Assembly: GCA_963828525.1 (NCBI GenBank)
Contig: CAWHEP010000010.1
Span: forward strand, 304,896 to 368,895
Source: an uncultured Verrucomicrobiae bacterium
GTDB taxonomy: Bacteria > Verrucomicrobiota > Verrucomicrobiia > Chthoniobacterales > Chthoniobacteraceae
Reading direction: 5' to 3'
Length of the DNA stretch: 64,000 bases
Both the position numbers and the translations under genes were made by a program. A model generated the notes under the pieces. The model was not told the origin of the DNA. It did not search any database and saw only the letters and a list, made by a program, of their open reading frames with translations. This document shows positions 1-9,649 of the stretch, piece after piece (the first letter of the stretch is position 1; each line of letters starts with the position of its first letter).

Positions 1-966
1 GTGGTCGAGGAAGGATTCGCAGATATTGAAGAATCCGGATTTCGATGTCGCGCGGCGGATGGCGTGGAGGAACCGACCCTCGGGATCCAGATCGAAGAAG
101 GTCATGAATTTCTTCATGTGTTGCACTTGCGCGTTCTCGGAAAGGGTTGGAAGGGAGACTGCCTCGTAGAGAATCCGGACGTAATGGAGGAGATCGCGAC
201 CGGACGGGTTGGGGCCAGGGGTATTGCCGCTATGGGCACGGATTTGATCGAACAGCCATGGATTGCGTATGGCGCCGCGTCCGATCATGAGCCCGGCGGC
301 CTTTGTTTCATTGAGCACGTCTGCTGCTTTCCGGGCGGATTGGATGTCGCCGTTTGCGAGAACCGGGCAGGGAAGAAGAGCGGCGGCGCGGGCGATTAAA
401 TCATAGTAAACCGGCCGTCTATACATCTGGGAGACTGTCCTGCCGTGGACTGTGAGAAGATCAATAGAGTGGCGCGAGAAGATGGCGAGTAGATTGTCGA
501 AAGAGGCGGTGTCATCGAAGCCGAGGCGCGTCTTCACGGTGAAGGGGATTGAAATGGCCTGGCGCAAAGCCCCGAGAATAGCATCGACGCGAGCGGGTTC
601 ACGCAGGAGGCCGCCGCCCGCGCATTTGCGATACACGACCGGGGCGGGACAGCCGAGATTGAGATCGATGGCGATAACGGGATGCTTTTGCAGCTCAAGG
701 GCTGTCCGGACGAGGGCAGGAATGTCGTTCCCGATCATCTGCGCGATGACCGGCCGGCCGGTTGGATTTTCGACGATGGATCGCAGGATCGGCTTGTCGA
801 GCCGTGAGTCGCCGTGGACGCGGAAGTACTCGGTATAATAAAGATCAGCTCCACCGTAAGCGGAGATAACCCGCCAGAAATGGAGATCGGTGACATCCTG
901 CATCGGCGCGAGAGCGAGGATGGGCTTCCCGGAGGTAATGAAGTCGTTGAAGGCGGAGCGTTCCAA
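1..966 (-). CDS. dus: tRNA-dihydrouridine synthase (Dus family), 3' end runs off the window
   Basis: Not in the ORF track. Manual minus-strand translation gives LALAPMQDVTD and IDLNLGCPAPVVYRKCAGGGLLR, which are Dus signatures. Probable TTG start at 966. Confidence 0.9.
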   Translation of the reverse strand, partial: MERSAFNDFITSGKPILALAPMQDVTDLHFWRVISAYGGADLYYTEYFRVHGDSRLDKPILRSIVENPTGRPVIAQMIGNDIPALVRTALELQKHPVIAIDLNLGCPAPVVYRKCAGGGLLREPARVDAILGALRQAISIPFTVKTRLGFDDTASFDNLLAIFSRHSIDLLTVHGRTVSQMYRRPVYYDLIARAAALLPCPVLANGDIQSARKAADVLNETKAAGLMIGRGAIRNPWLFDQIRAHSGNTPGPNPSGRDLLHYVRILYEAVSLPTLSENAQVQHMKKFMTFFDLDPEGRFLHAIRRATSKSGFFNICESFLDH

Positions 967-1086
967 GGTGACGCGAAAGGTTAGCCGCTCATGATGGCAT
1001 GTTCATGCTGATTTTGATGAGGCAGAGGGCTTATGGTCACAGGAAATCTCGTTTGAAGAGGCAGCGGAGAAGGCTTAACTGAAGGG

Positions 1087-1554
1087 GTGCGCAAACGCAT
1101 TCTCTCCCCATTAACAGAGGCGCCTGCTCTCGCGGAGAGTGGCTGGCTGAATCTTGAAGAGATCGCGCGTGTTGAAGTTACCTCCGAGGCGGCGGCTTTC
1201 CCGATCGAGGCCGCATTGATACAGACGGCGAGCGGCGGGTGGCGGGCGGAGAGCGCGGGTGAGCAGGTAATCCGCCTGTGTTTCGATGAACCGCAAAAGC
1301 TGAGGAAGCTGCGCGTGGTGTTCATCGAAGAAAAGGAGGAACGGACGCAGGAATTCGTGATTTGCTGGTCCACGGGAGCGTCAAGAGGGGAGATCGTACG
1401 GCAGCAATACAATTTCAGCCCGGGAGGTTCGACGCGTGAGATCGAGGAATACGAAATGAATCTCGACGGCGTGGTGGAGTTGGAACTCATGATCAACCCT
1501 GACGCGCGGGGGCGGGCGGCGCACGCTACGCTGGCGGAACTTCGGGTGGGTTAA
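1087..1554 (+). CDS. Small galactose-binding-like (discoidin/APC10-like) domain protein
   Basis: 155 aa. Pattern VEVTSE..FPIEAAL..GWRA..QVIRLCFDEPQ is typical of jelly-roll carbohydrate-binding-like proteins. Confidence 0.6.
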   Translation: MRKRILSPLTEAPALAESGWLNLEEIARVEVTSEAAAFPIEAALIQTASGGWRAESAGEQVIRLCFDEPQKLRKLRVVFIEEKEERTQEFVICWSTGASRGEIVRQQYNFSPGGSTREIEEYEMNLDGVVELELMINPDARGRAAHATLAELRVG

Positions 1555-1649
1555 AGGGCAAGCGCGGCGCGCGTGACGGGAACAGCCGTCACCGGAATGT
1601 AACAATAGTTGGGTTGAATGCGGGGAGTGTCGCGCGGCATCATTAGTGT

Positions 1650-3029
1650 ATGGCAACACCCCGCGGTCGTCGTTACAAGCAGATAGCTGGCATTAAGAAA
1701 AATCCGGATTCGCTTGCTCCGAAAGACAATAGCCAGCCCGATCCAACACTAGGACCGCGTTTTGCGCAGGCGGCGCCGACCGGGGATCCAACGGTCTTCA
1801 CGGTGATGCATGGCTCGGACAAAGAAGCGTATGCCATTCTCGATAGCGAAAAAGGAACACTATTGCCTCGCGAAATACCCGCCGGGCCCGCGCCTGAGCC
1901 GCGGATGTCCCTCGCGGACGCGATTGGGGATCAAGGTGGCGCGGTAACGAAGGCGATCACACGCGCTGGACAGATCGTATTTCACGCCTTGGGAGACACT
2001 GGCAATACCAGAGGCCCGGCAGATCAGAACACGGTCACAGACAAGTTGCTAAGTGACTTTAGGAGCGAGGATCCGCGGTCGGTGCCTTCATTCTGCTACA
2101 ACCTTGGCGACGTGGTATATAGCTTTGGAGAAGCGCAATACTATTACGACCAATTCTATGATCCATATAGGGACTATCCGGCGCCAATCTTTGCGATCGC
2201 GGGAAATCATGACGGGATGGTTGCCCCAAATTCGTCAACCCCAACATTGAAGGCGTTTCTTGAAAACTTCTGCGCGAGCGATCAACCGTTTCACCGGACG
2301 CCGGAGGCAGGCAATCTTGCGAGGACAGCGGGGCGGCAGCCGGGTGTTTACTTCACCCTGGAAGCGCCCTTTGTGAGGATTCTCGGACTGTATAGCAACT
2401 GTCTGGAAGACCCGGGGGTGATCTCAACACAGAGCAACTCAACGCAGAGATATTCGGCTCTCACCGACATACAGATCGAATTTTTGAAGGCGGCGCTCGG
2501 GAGGGCGAAAGCGGAGAAGTTTGGAGGGGCGCTGTTGATCGCCGTACATCATCCCGCGTATGTAGCCGCGAGTCCGACCGACAAGACTGTGGGAAGGCAT
2601 GGCGGGAGTCCGTTGATGCTTGCGGATATCGACGCGGCGTGCTCTGAAGCGGGAATGTGGCCGCACGCGGTGCTCTCGGGGCACGCGCATAATTACCAGC
2701 GGTTTACAAGGTATCTGGACGGACGGGAGACGCCATTCGTGGTTTGCGGCAATGGCGGGCACGCTCATAACCGGCTGACGAGGAAGGGGACGGCGGCGCT
2801 TCGCGCTCCTTCAACCCAGCCCCAGCTCTCCAACGGCGCCGATCAAGTTGTGTTTGAAAATTATGATGACGCGGACTTCGGCTACCTGCGCGTCATCGCG
2901 GACGCTCAGCAACTTCGCATCGAATTTCACCCCGCGTCGGATGGTGAATCCATGAAAACGCCAGACGATTCGGTGACGGTGGATCTCGGGACGCGAAAGC
3001 TGATACACTATCGCGGGCTGGGAGGGTGA
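1650..3029 (+). CDS. Calcineurin-like metallophosphoesterase (purple acid phosphatase-like)
   Basis: Motifs GDTG, GDVVY, GNHD, HHP and GHAH. Confidence 0.9.
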   Translation: MATPRGRRYKQIAGIKKNPDSLAPKDNSQPDPTLGPRFAQAAPTGDPTVFTVMHGSDKEAYAILDSEKGTLLPREIPAGPAPEPRMSLADAIGDQGGAVTKAITRAGQIVFHALGDTGNTRGPADQNTVTDKLLSDFRSEDPRSVPSFCYNLGDVVYSFGEAQYYYDQFYDPYRDYPAPIFAIAGNHDGMVAPNSSTPTLKAFLENFCASDQPFHRTPEAGNLARTAGRQPGVYFTLEAPFVRILGLYSNCLEDPGVISTQSNSTQRYSALTDIQIEFLKAALGRAKAEKFGGALLIAVHHPAYVAASPTDKTVGRHGGSPLMLADIDAACSEAGMWPHAVLSGHAHNYQRFTRYLDGRETPFVVCGNGGHAHNRLTRKGTAALRAPSTQPQLSNGADQVVFENYDDADFGYLRVIADAQQLRIEFHPASDGESMKTPDDSVTVDLGTRKLIHYRGLGG

Positions 3030-3124
3030 TAGGCTCACCGGGCGTTCAGGCTGCGATCCCGCTGGTTGACCCGGGCGCAAAACATGGTTGAAGCGGGCGG
3101 CGGGTGTGTCAGGCTGGTTCCGGA

Positions 3125-4693
3125 ATGCAACGACGGGCGTTTGTAAAGCTGATTGCCGGTTCGGCGGCTTGCTGCGCGGGAGCAAGCCTCTCGTTGCGAG
3201 GGGCTCGCGCGGGAACGGTGGCGCCCGCTGATGGAATGCTTTTTGACAGACTTGCTGACGCGGCCCTGGATGCCGCCCGGAAGGCAGGAGCTGGGTACGC
3301 GGACTTCCGGCTTTGCGAAGAGGAGACGGAGTCCATAGCGGCGCGGGAGGAGCACGTGGAGGACGTGAGTTTTTCGCGGACTAATGGATTCGGATTGCGA
3401 TTGCTGGTGGATGGGGTGTGGGGATTTGCCGCGAGCGAGGCGCTAACCGTGGAAGAAGTGAGACGGATGGCGGCGAAGGCGGGCGAGATCGCAAAGGCAA
3501 ATCGCGCCATCCAAGGCAAGGGGATCGAACTCGAGAGCATCCCGGGTTACCAGGATAAGTGGACGATGCCGATGCGAATCGATCCATTCGGGGTATCGAT
3601 CGAGGAGAAGACCGCTCGCCTGTTGGGGATTAACCGCGCGGCAAAAGACGCTGGCGCCAGTTTTTGCGCTTCGGGTTTTACATTTGTCCGGGAGACAAAG
3701 TTCTTCGCGTCGAGCAACGGGAGCCGGATCGAGCAGGTGAGGGTGCGATCCATGCCCCACTTTGCCGTGACAGCGGTAGACAAGAGCAGCGGGAAGTTCA
3801 CAAGCCGGTCGAGCCTCGCGGCGCCACGTGGCAGCGGGTATGAGTATATCGCGGAATACGATTTCGTGACGGAAGCGGGGAAGGCGGCCCAGGAGGCGAA
3901 GGAGAAGCTGACGGCGAAGCCGGTGGAACCGGGCAGGAAAGATCTCGTGATCGACCCGACAAACCTCTGGCTGACGATCCACGAGAGCATAGGACACGCG
4001 ACCGAGCTGGATCGCGCGTTGGGATGGGAGGCGAACTTCGCGGGAACTTCCTTTGTGACGCCGGATAAGCTAGGGAAGCTGAAGTACGCAAGTCCGCTGG
4101 TGACAGTGATGGCGGATCGATCGCAGGCAGGGGGGCTTTCAACGGTGGGCTACGATGATGACGGGGTGAAGACCTCGGGAGCAGAGTTCCCCATCATCAA
4201 GGACGGAGTGTTTGAGAACTACCAGATGGCAATCGGACAGGCGGCGTTGATTGGCAGGAAGAGTTCAAACGGATGCGCGTTTGCGGACAGCTACGCGAGC
4301 TTCCCGATACAACGAATGCCGAATGTGTCGCTGCAACCGAACCCGCGGGATGTGCGGCTGGAGGAACTAGTCTCGGAAGTCAAAGATGGGATCTACATCG
4401 TGGGCAACGGGAGTTGGAGTATTGACCAGCAGCGATACAACTTTCAATTTGGAGGGCAGGTGTTCCATGAAATCAAGGACGGGAAGATCGGAGCCATGCT
4501 CCGTGATGTCGCTTACCAGGGGAACACGATTGATTTCTGGAACGCGTGCGACGGGCTGTGCGGAAAAAGCGAATACTACCTGGGCGGCACGCCGGTGTGC
4601 GGGAAAGGGGAGCCGATGCAGGGCGCGCCCGTGTCGCATGGCGCGGTGCCGGCGCGATTCCGCCAGATCAATGTGTTGAACACGGCGATATGA
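3125..4693 (+). CDS. tldD: TldD-family metalloprotease with twin-arginine signal peptide
   Basis: HESIGH (HExxxH) and C-terminal CGKG..PVSHG. N-terminus MQRRAFVK is followed by a hydrophobic stretch and ARA. Confidence 0.9.
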   Translation: MQRRAFVKLIAGSAACCAGASLSLRGARAGTVAPADGMLFDRLADAALDAARKAGAGYADFRLCEEETESIAAREEHVEDVSFSRTNGFGLRLLVDGVWGFAASEALTVEEVRRMAAKAGEIAKANRAIQGKGIELESIPGYQDKWTMPMRIDPFGVSIEEKTARLLGINRAAKDAGASFCASGFTFVRETKFFASSNGSRIEQVRVRSMPHFAVTAVDKSSGKFTSRSSLAAPRGSGYEYIAEYDFVTEAGKAAQEAKEKLTAKPVEPGRKDLVIDPTNLWLTIHESIGHATELDRALGWEANFAGTSFVTPDKLGKLKYASPLVTVMADRSQAGGLSTVGYDDDGVKTSGAEFPIIKDGVFENYQMAIGQAALIGRKSSNGCAFADSYASFPIQRMPNVSLQPNPRDVRLEELVSEVKDGIYIVGNGSWSIDQQRYNFQFGGQVFHEIKDGKIGAMLRDVAYQGNTIDFWNACDGLCGKSEYYLGGTPVCGKGEPMQGAPVSHGAVPARFRQINVLNTAI

Positions 4694-6021
4694 TTCATTC
4701 GGAGCAAGAAGCGAAGGAACTGCTGGCGAAGCTTCTCTCTTTTTCAAAGGCGGATTCCGCGGTCGCATTGCTTTCCGGCGAAGAGAGCGAAGGGGTGCGA
4801 TTTGCGGTGAACAGCGTCACGACGGCTGGCTACCACTCCGGTCAAACGGTGGTGGTGGAGTCGCATTTCGGGAAGCGCGCCGGCAGCGTGAATATCAACA
4901 TCACAGATGAGCAGGCGCTCCGGGACGCGGTGAGAAAAAGCGAGGAGATCGCGCGGCTCGCTCCGGAGAACCCGGAATTTGTGGAGCCGTTGGGGCCGCA
5001 ACAGTATATCACCGGCCCCGGCTACTGCGAAGCGACGGCCCGGGCCTCCTCGGCTGACCTCGTCGCGCTCTGCGAGCCCGCGCTGCGACGCGCCGAGTCT
5101 GACAAGAACCTGGCTGCCGGCTATACGGAATGCGGTCGCGATTTCACCGCGGTCGCCACGAGCAAAGGGTTGTTCGGCTACGGAAAGTCGACCAGCGTGG
5201 ATTTTTCTACGACGATTCGGGAGCGGACTGGCAGCGGCTCTGGGTGGGCAGGGCGAACCGATCATGACATCACCCGGGTGAACGCGGACGCCCTGGCGTT
5301 GGCGGCGTCGAAGAAATGCGCTTCGTCAAAGGCTCCCGCATTCCTGGCCGCCGGCGATTATACCGTCATCCTGGAGCCTTCAGCTACTTCGGATCTGATG
5401 TGGCGTCTGATCGAACGGTTTGACGCGCGCAGCGCGGATGAAGGTCGCAGCTTTCTGACTCGGAAGGGTGGCGGGAATCGGCGCGGGGAGAAGCTGTTCA
5501 ATGAGAGCGTCTCCTTGTTTTCTGATCCGGCGAACGATGTGGCTCCTGGAGCAACGTTTACGGGAGACGGGTTGCCTCTAAACCGGCAGGACTGGATTAA
5601 GGATGGTGTGGCGCAGAGTCTTATCTACTCCCGCTTTTGGGCGCAAAAGATGAAGGCTGAGGTAGTTGGCGAGCCATCCAACCTGATAATGCCTGGCGGG
5701 ACCGCCACCATGGAAGAGATGATAAAGCAGACCCGCCGAGGAGTGTTGGTGACGCGTTTTTGGTACGTACGGGATGTTGATCCGAGAACGGTGCTGCTGA
5801 CTGGGTTGACGCGGGATGGGAATTTTCTGATCGAGGACGGAGAGATACGAAGACCGGTGAATAATTTTCGGTTCAACGAGAGTCCGATTTCGGTGTTCAA
5901 TAATATCGTCGCGATGGGGCCCTCCGTGCGCGCCCGAGGCGGAGAGGGGCCTTCGTCGACTTCCGCGCCAGCGCTGCTGGTGGGAAAGTTCCATTTCGCG
6001 TCCGTGTCGAAGGCGGCCTGA
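4690..6021 (+). CDS. pmbA: TldE/PmbA-family partner subunit
   Basis: ATGA overlap with the tldD stop. Motifs YTVILEP, TGLTRDG and NFRFNESP; no HExxxH. Confidence 0.85.
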   Translation: MIHSEQEAKELLAKLLSFSKADSAVALLSGEESEGVRFAVNSVTTAGYHSGQTVVVESHFGKRAGSVNINITDEQALRDAVRKSEEIARLAPENPEFVEPLGPQQYITGPGYCEATARASSADLVALCEPALRRAESDKNLAAGYTECGRDFTAVATSKGLFGYGKSTSVDFSTTIRERTGSGSGWAGRTDHDITRVNADALALAASKKCASSKAPAFLAAGDYTVILEPSATSDLMWRLIERFDARSADEGRSFLTRKGGGNRRGEKLFNESVSLFSDPANDVAPGATFTGDGLPLNRQDWIKDGVAQSLIYSRFWAQKMKAEVVGEPSNLIMPGGTATMEEMIKQTRRGVLVTRFWYVRDVDPRTVLLTGLTRDGNFLIEDGEIRRPVNNFRFNESPISVFNNIVAMGPSVRARGGEGPSSTSAPALLVGKFHFASVSKAA

Positions 6022-6154
6022 AACGGGCGAGGAAGGTCGCCGCAAGAGGTTGTGCAGGTACAGACCGCGCAGAGCGCTTGTTTTTCGGAGTGCCACCATC
6101 TAGTAGAGCCTGAGTGACAAGGAAACTTTCGAAGAACCGGAGACTGCCGCGCGC

Positions 6155-7042
6155 ATGAGCGAGAATCGGCGGTTGGTCTTCTTCTCGCGGCTAGGAAGTA
6201 CGATTGCCCTCTGGGCAGGATCGCTCTTTGTCATCTTCTCGGGATACGAGCTTGGATTTTTCCTGCTGATCGCGGGGCTGGCCATGGTGGGGCTGTGGGA
6301 GTTCTACAGCATGCTGGATAACAAGGAGCTGCCGAACTTCAGGATCACGGCGATGATCTGCGGGCTGGTTCTAATCAGCGGGAGTTTCCATTATTACAGC
6401 CAGGCGCGGATGCGGCCGGCGGAGTCATACGATTTCGAGGTGTCCGTGCTGCTGTTTTTCCTGCTGGTGGTTTTCGGGAGGCAGATGTTCCAGAAGATGC
6501 GTGTGATCGCGCCGCTCGAGTCGATGGCGTACACGCTGTTTGGCCTTCTGTACGTGCCGTGGATGTTCAACTTTGTGACGAAGATCGTGTATGTGATCCC
6601 GCGCGCGCCGGATGGACACGTGGCGGGACATTTTTACGTGCTCTATTTAATCGTGGTGACGAAGTTCAGCGATATGGGGGCATACCTGGTGGGGAGCGTA
6701 TGCGGCAAACATCCGCTGGTGCCGCACATCAGTCCGAAGAAGACGTGGGAGGGCTTTTTCGGGGCGCTGGCGTTTTCAGTGCTTGGCAGCTACGGGATGC
6801 TGGCGCTGTTCCGCGACAAGCTTGCGGCGCTGAATTACACGCATGCCACGATCCTCGGCTTGCTGCTCGGGTTTGCGGCGGTGATCGGCGACCTGGCGGA
6901 GTCGATTGTAAAGCGGAGCACTGAAACCAAGGATTCCGGGAACTTCCTGCCTGGGATCGGCGGCGCGCTGGACCTGATCGACAGCCTGCTCTTCACGGCG
7001 CCGTTGCTTTTCTTTTACCTGCGCCTCGTGATCCGGGTATGA
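6155..7042 (+). CDS. cdsA: Phosphatidate cytidylyltransferase
   Basis: Multi-TM protein with SDMGAY, ISPKKTWEG and GDLAES..KR..KDSG..PG.GG.LD.IDS. Confidence 0.95.
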   Translation: MSENRRLVFFSRLGSTIALWAGSLFVIFSGYELGFFLLIAGLAMVGLWEFYSMLDNKELPNFRITAMICGLVLISGSFHYYSQARMRPAESYDFEVSVLLFFLLVVFGRQMFQKMRVIAPLESMAYTLFGLLYVPWMFNFVTKIVYVIPRAPDGHVAGHFYVLYLIVVTKFSDMGAYLVGSVCGKHPLVPHISPKKTWEGFFGALAFSVLGSYGMLALFRDKLAALNYTHATILGLLLGFAAVIGDLAESIVKRSTETKDSGNFLPGIGGALDLIDSLLFTAPLLFFYLRLVIRV

Positions 7043-8187
7043 GACAGCGAAAGGTGATCGTTCTGGGAGCCACCGGGTCCATCGGCGAGAGCGCCGCGAA
7101 GGTGGCGCGTGACATCCCCGACAGGATGAAGATCGTCGGAATGTCGGCAAACCGGAGCGCAGGCAAGCTTGCGGCGCAGGCGAATCAGTTCAAGCCCGGG
7201 GCGCTATGCATCACGGATGGCGCTCTCCTCGCAGAGCTGCGGGCAAGCCTGGAATATTCCCCTGAGATCTTTTGCGGGGAGGATGGGCTTGTGGAGCTGG
7301 CGACGCGGGCGGACGCGGATATGGTGCTGATCGCGATCGTGGGCACGGGGGGGTTGAGGCCGGCGCTGGCGGCGATCGAGGCAGGCAAGGATGTGGCGAT
7401 CGCGAGCAAGGAAATACTGGTGATGGCAGGCGAGATCGTGATGGAAGCCGCCCGGAGGAAGGGTGTGAAAGTGCTGCCGGTGGACAGTGAGCACAACGCG
7501 ATCTTCCAATGTCTTGAAAATCGAGACCCCTCCGAGGCTCGGCGGCTGATTCTCACAGCGTCCGGCGGGCCTTTCCGCATGAAACCCGCCGAGGAACTGG
7601 AGCGCGTCACGGTTGAGGAAGCGCTGAATCACCCAACATGGCGAATGGGATCGAAGATCAGCATCGATTCGGCGACGCTGTTCAACAAGGGGCTGGAGAT
7701 GATCGAGGCGCGGTGGTTGTTCGATGTGGAGATGTCGCGCGTGGAGGTGGTGGTGCATCCCCAAAGCATTGTGCATTCGATGGTCGAGTTCATCGACGGA
7801 TCGGTGCTGGCGCAGATGAGTCAATCGGACATGTGTTTCCCGATACAGTACGCGGTCACGTGGCCGCAGCGGGTTCCAAATTCGTTGCGACCGCTGGATT
7901 TTGGACGCCTCGCAAAACTGGAGTTTGAGGCTCCGCGCTACGCGGATTTCCCCGCGCTGGATTTGGCAAGGCACGCGGGGGAGACCGGAGGCAGTCTCCC
8001 GGCGGTAATGAACGCGGCAAACGAGGTGGCTGTCGAAGCGTTCATGCAAGGACGCATATCATTCCCGGAGATTTGGCGTCTGGTGAGCCGGGTAATGGAG
8101 GGGCACGCCTGCTTTGCGCGGGTTGGACTCGATGCTATACTTGAGGCTGACCGGTCGGCTCGCCAGCGGGCGCTGGAACTCATCTAA
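7039..8187 (+). CDS. dxr: 1-deoxy-D-xylulose-5-phosphate reductoisomerase
   Basis: LGATGSIG, LPVDSEH, HPTW.MG.KISIDSATLFNKGLE and NAANE. Confidence 0.97.
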   Translation: MRQRKVIVLGATGSIGESAAKVARDIPDRMKIVGMSANRSAGKLAAQANQFKPGALCITDGALLAELRASLEYSPEIFCGEDGLVELATRADADMVLIAIVGTGGLRPALAAIEAGKDVAIASKEILVMAGEIVMEAARRKGVKVLPVDSEHNAIFQCLENRDPSEARRLILTASGGPFRMKPAEELERVTVEEALNHPTWRMGSKISIDSATLFNKGLEMIEARWLFDVEMSRVEVVVHPQSIVHSMVEFIDGSVLAQMSQSDMCFPIQYAVTWPQRVPNSLRPLDFGRLAKLEFEAPRYADFPALDLARHAGETGGSLPAVMNAANEVAVEAFMQGRISFPEIWRLVSRVMEGHACFARVGLDAILEADRSARQRALELI

Positions 8188-8193
8188 AAGGCT

Positions 8194-9601
8194 GTGAAAA
8201 TACTTAATTTCGTCTTCATCCTGTTTGAAGTGTTGATCATCTTCAACATGTTGATCATCGTCCACGAGCTGGGACATTTTCTCGCGGCCAAATGGCGGGG
8301 CCTGGTCATTGAAAAGTTTGCGATCTGGTTTGGGAACCCGATCTGGTCAAAGACGGTGGGAGGGATTCAATACAGCATCGGCTGCATACCAGCGGGAGGA
8401 TTCGTGGCGCTGCCGCAGATGGCTCCCATGGAGGTGCTGGAAGGAAAAAATGAGAAGGGGGCGGCGAGTTATCCGCCCATCTCTGCATTGGACAAGATCA
8501 TCGTCGCGATTGCGGGGCCGCTATTCAGTTTCATGCTGGCGCTGGTGTATGCCACAATCGTCTGGGGAATAGGGCGGCCGACAACGGAAGCGGAGAACAC
8601 GACGACCGTGGGCTATGCCGAGGCGGGGTCGCCGGCTGAAAAGGCGGGGCTACGGCCCGGCGACAAGATTCTGGAGATCGACGGGCAGCCGGTGAAACGT
8701 TTCTCCGGCATGGGGAGCGACAGCATCCAGTGGCGCATTATTCGAAGCGAAGGGGAAAAAATCAACTTTCTGGTGGAGCGAGACGGGAAACAGATACCGA
8801 TCCAGTGCGGATGGGTGAAGGAGCCGCAGCGGCGTTTTGCGCGGGCGAGCCTGCGGCAGGTAAAGATCACCCCGAAAACCCGTCTGATCATCGGAGAGGT
8901 GGAGCCGGGAACACCCGCGGCGCTCGCGGGTTTGCAGCCCAAGGACGAAATAACGGAAGTGAACGGCCGCAAGGTATACAGCACAGAAGCGCTGGTGGAT
9001 GAACTGCTGAGTCATCCCAGTGATCCCGTATCGCTTGGCGTGGAAAGAGGCGCGCAACACAAGGCTTTCTCGATGACGCCCGTGCTGCTGCCCGCGGAGA
9101 ACGGAACAAAGCGGCCCCGGATCGGAATCGTGTGGGACCCGGGCGAGATAGAGCTTGTTTACCCGAATCCTGTTGAGCAGATCGTCAGCAGCCTCAACAG
9201 CATGGCCAACATGTTTGAGGCGCTGATCTCCCGCAGGTCGGATGTGGGTGTGCAGCATTTCAGCGGCCCGGTGGGAATCATGCGTATTTACTACAAGATT
9301 TTCGAAAGCGAGGACGGGTGGCGGATGGCGCTGTGGTTCAGCGTGTTTTCAAACGTGAACCTCGCCGTGTTGAATATGTTGCCGATACCTGTGCTGGATG
9401 GCGGCCACATCCTGCTCGCTCTCGGTGGAACGCGCGCGGCGCAAACCAGCGAACGCGAAAGTGCTGGAGTTTGTGACAAGCATATGCGCGTGCGTGATAA
9501 TCGGGTTCATGCTGTTCGTCACATTTTTTGATGTGCAGGATCTGCCATGGCATTGGGCGAAAGGGTCACGGGCGGCTTCAGGGGACAGCCAGGGAAAGTA
9601 G
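8194..9601 (+). CDS. rseP: RseP site-2 metalloprotease (two PDZ domains), apparent +1 frameshift near 9422
   Basis: HELGH, AGP and NMLPIPVLDGGH. The final TM helix (VERARRKP..IIGFMLFVTFFD) continues in the 9398..9601 frame. Confidence 0.9.
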
Positions 9602-9649
9602 ATCAGGAGGTATAACCCTTTTGCATACGCCCGCAGGGTCTCGCGGGAA

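Noticed and set aside
1..838. Plus-strand ORFs 1..399 and 452..838
   Set aside because: They are antisense shadows of the minus-strand dus gene.
1573..1592. Hairpin GTGACGG-N6-CCGTCAC as an intrinsic terminator
   Set aside because: There is no U-tract on either side and I noticed no second copy in the window; function is unsupported.
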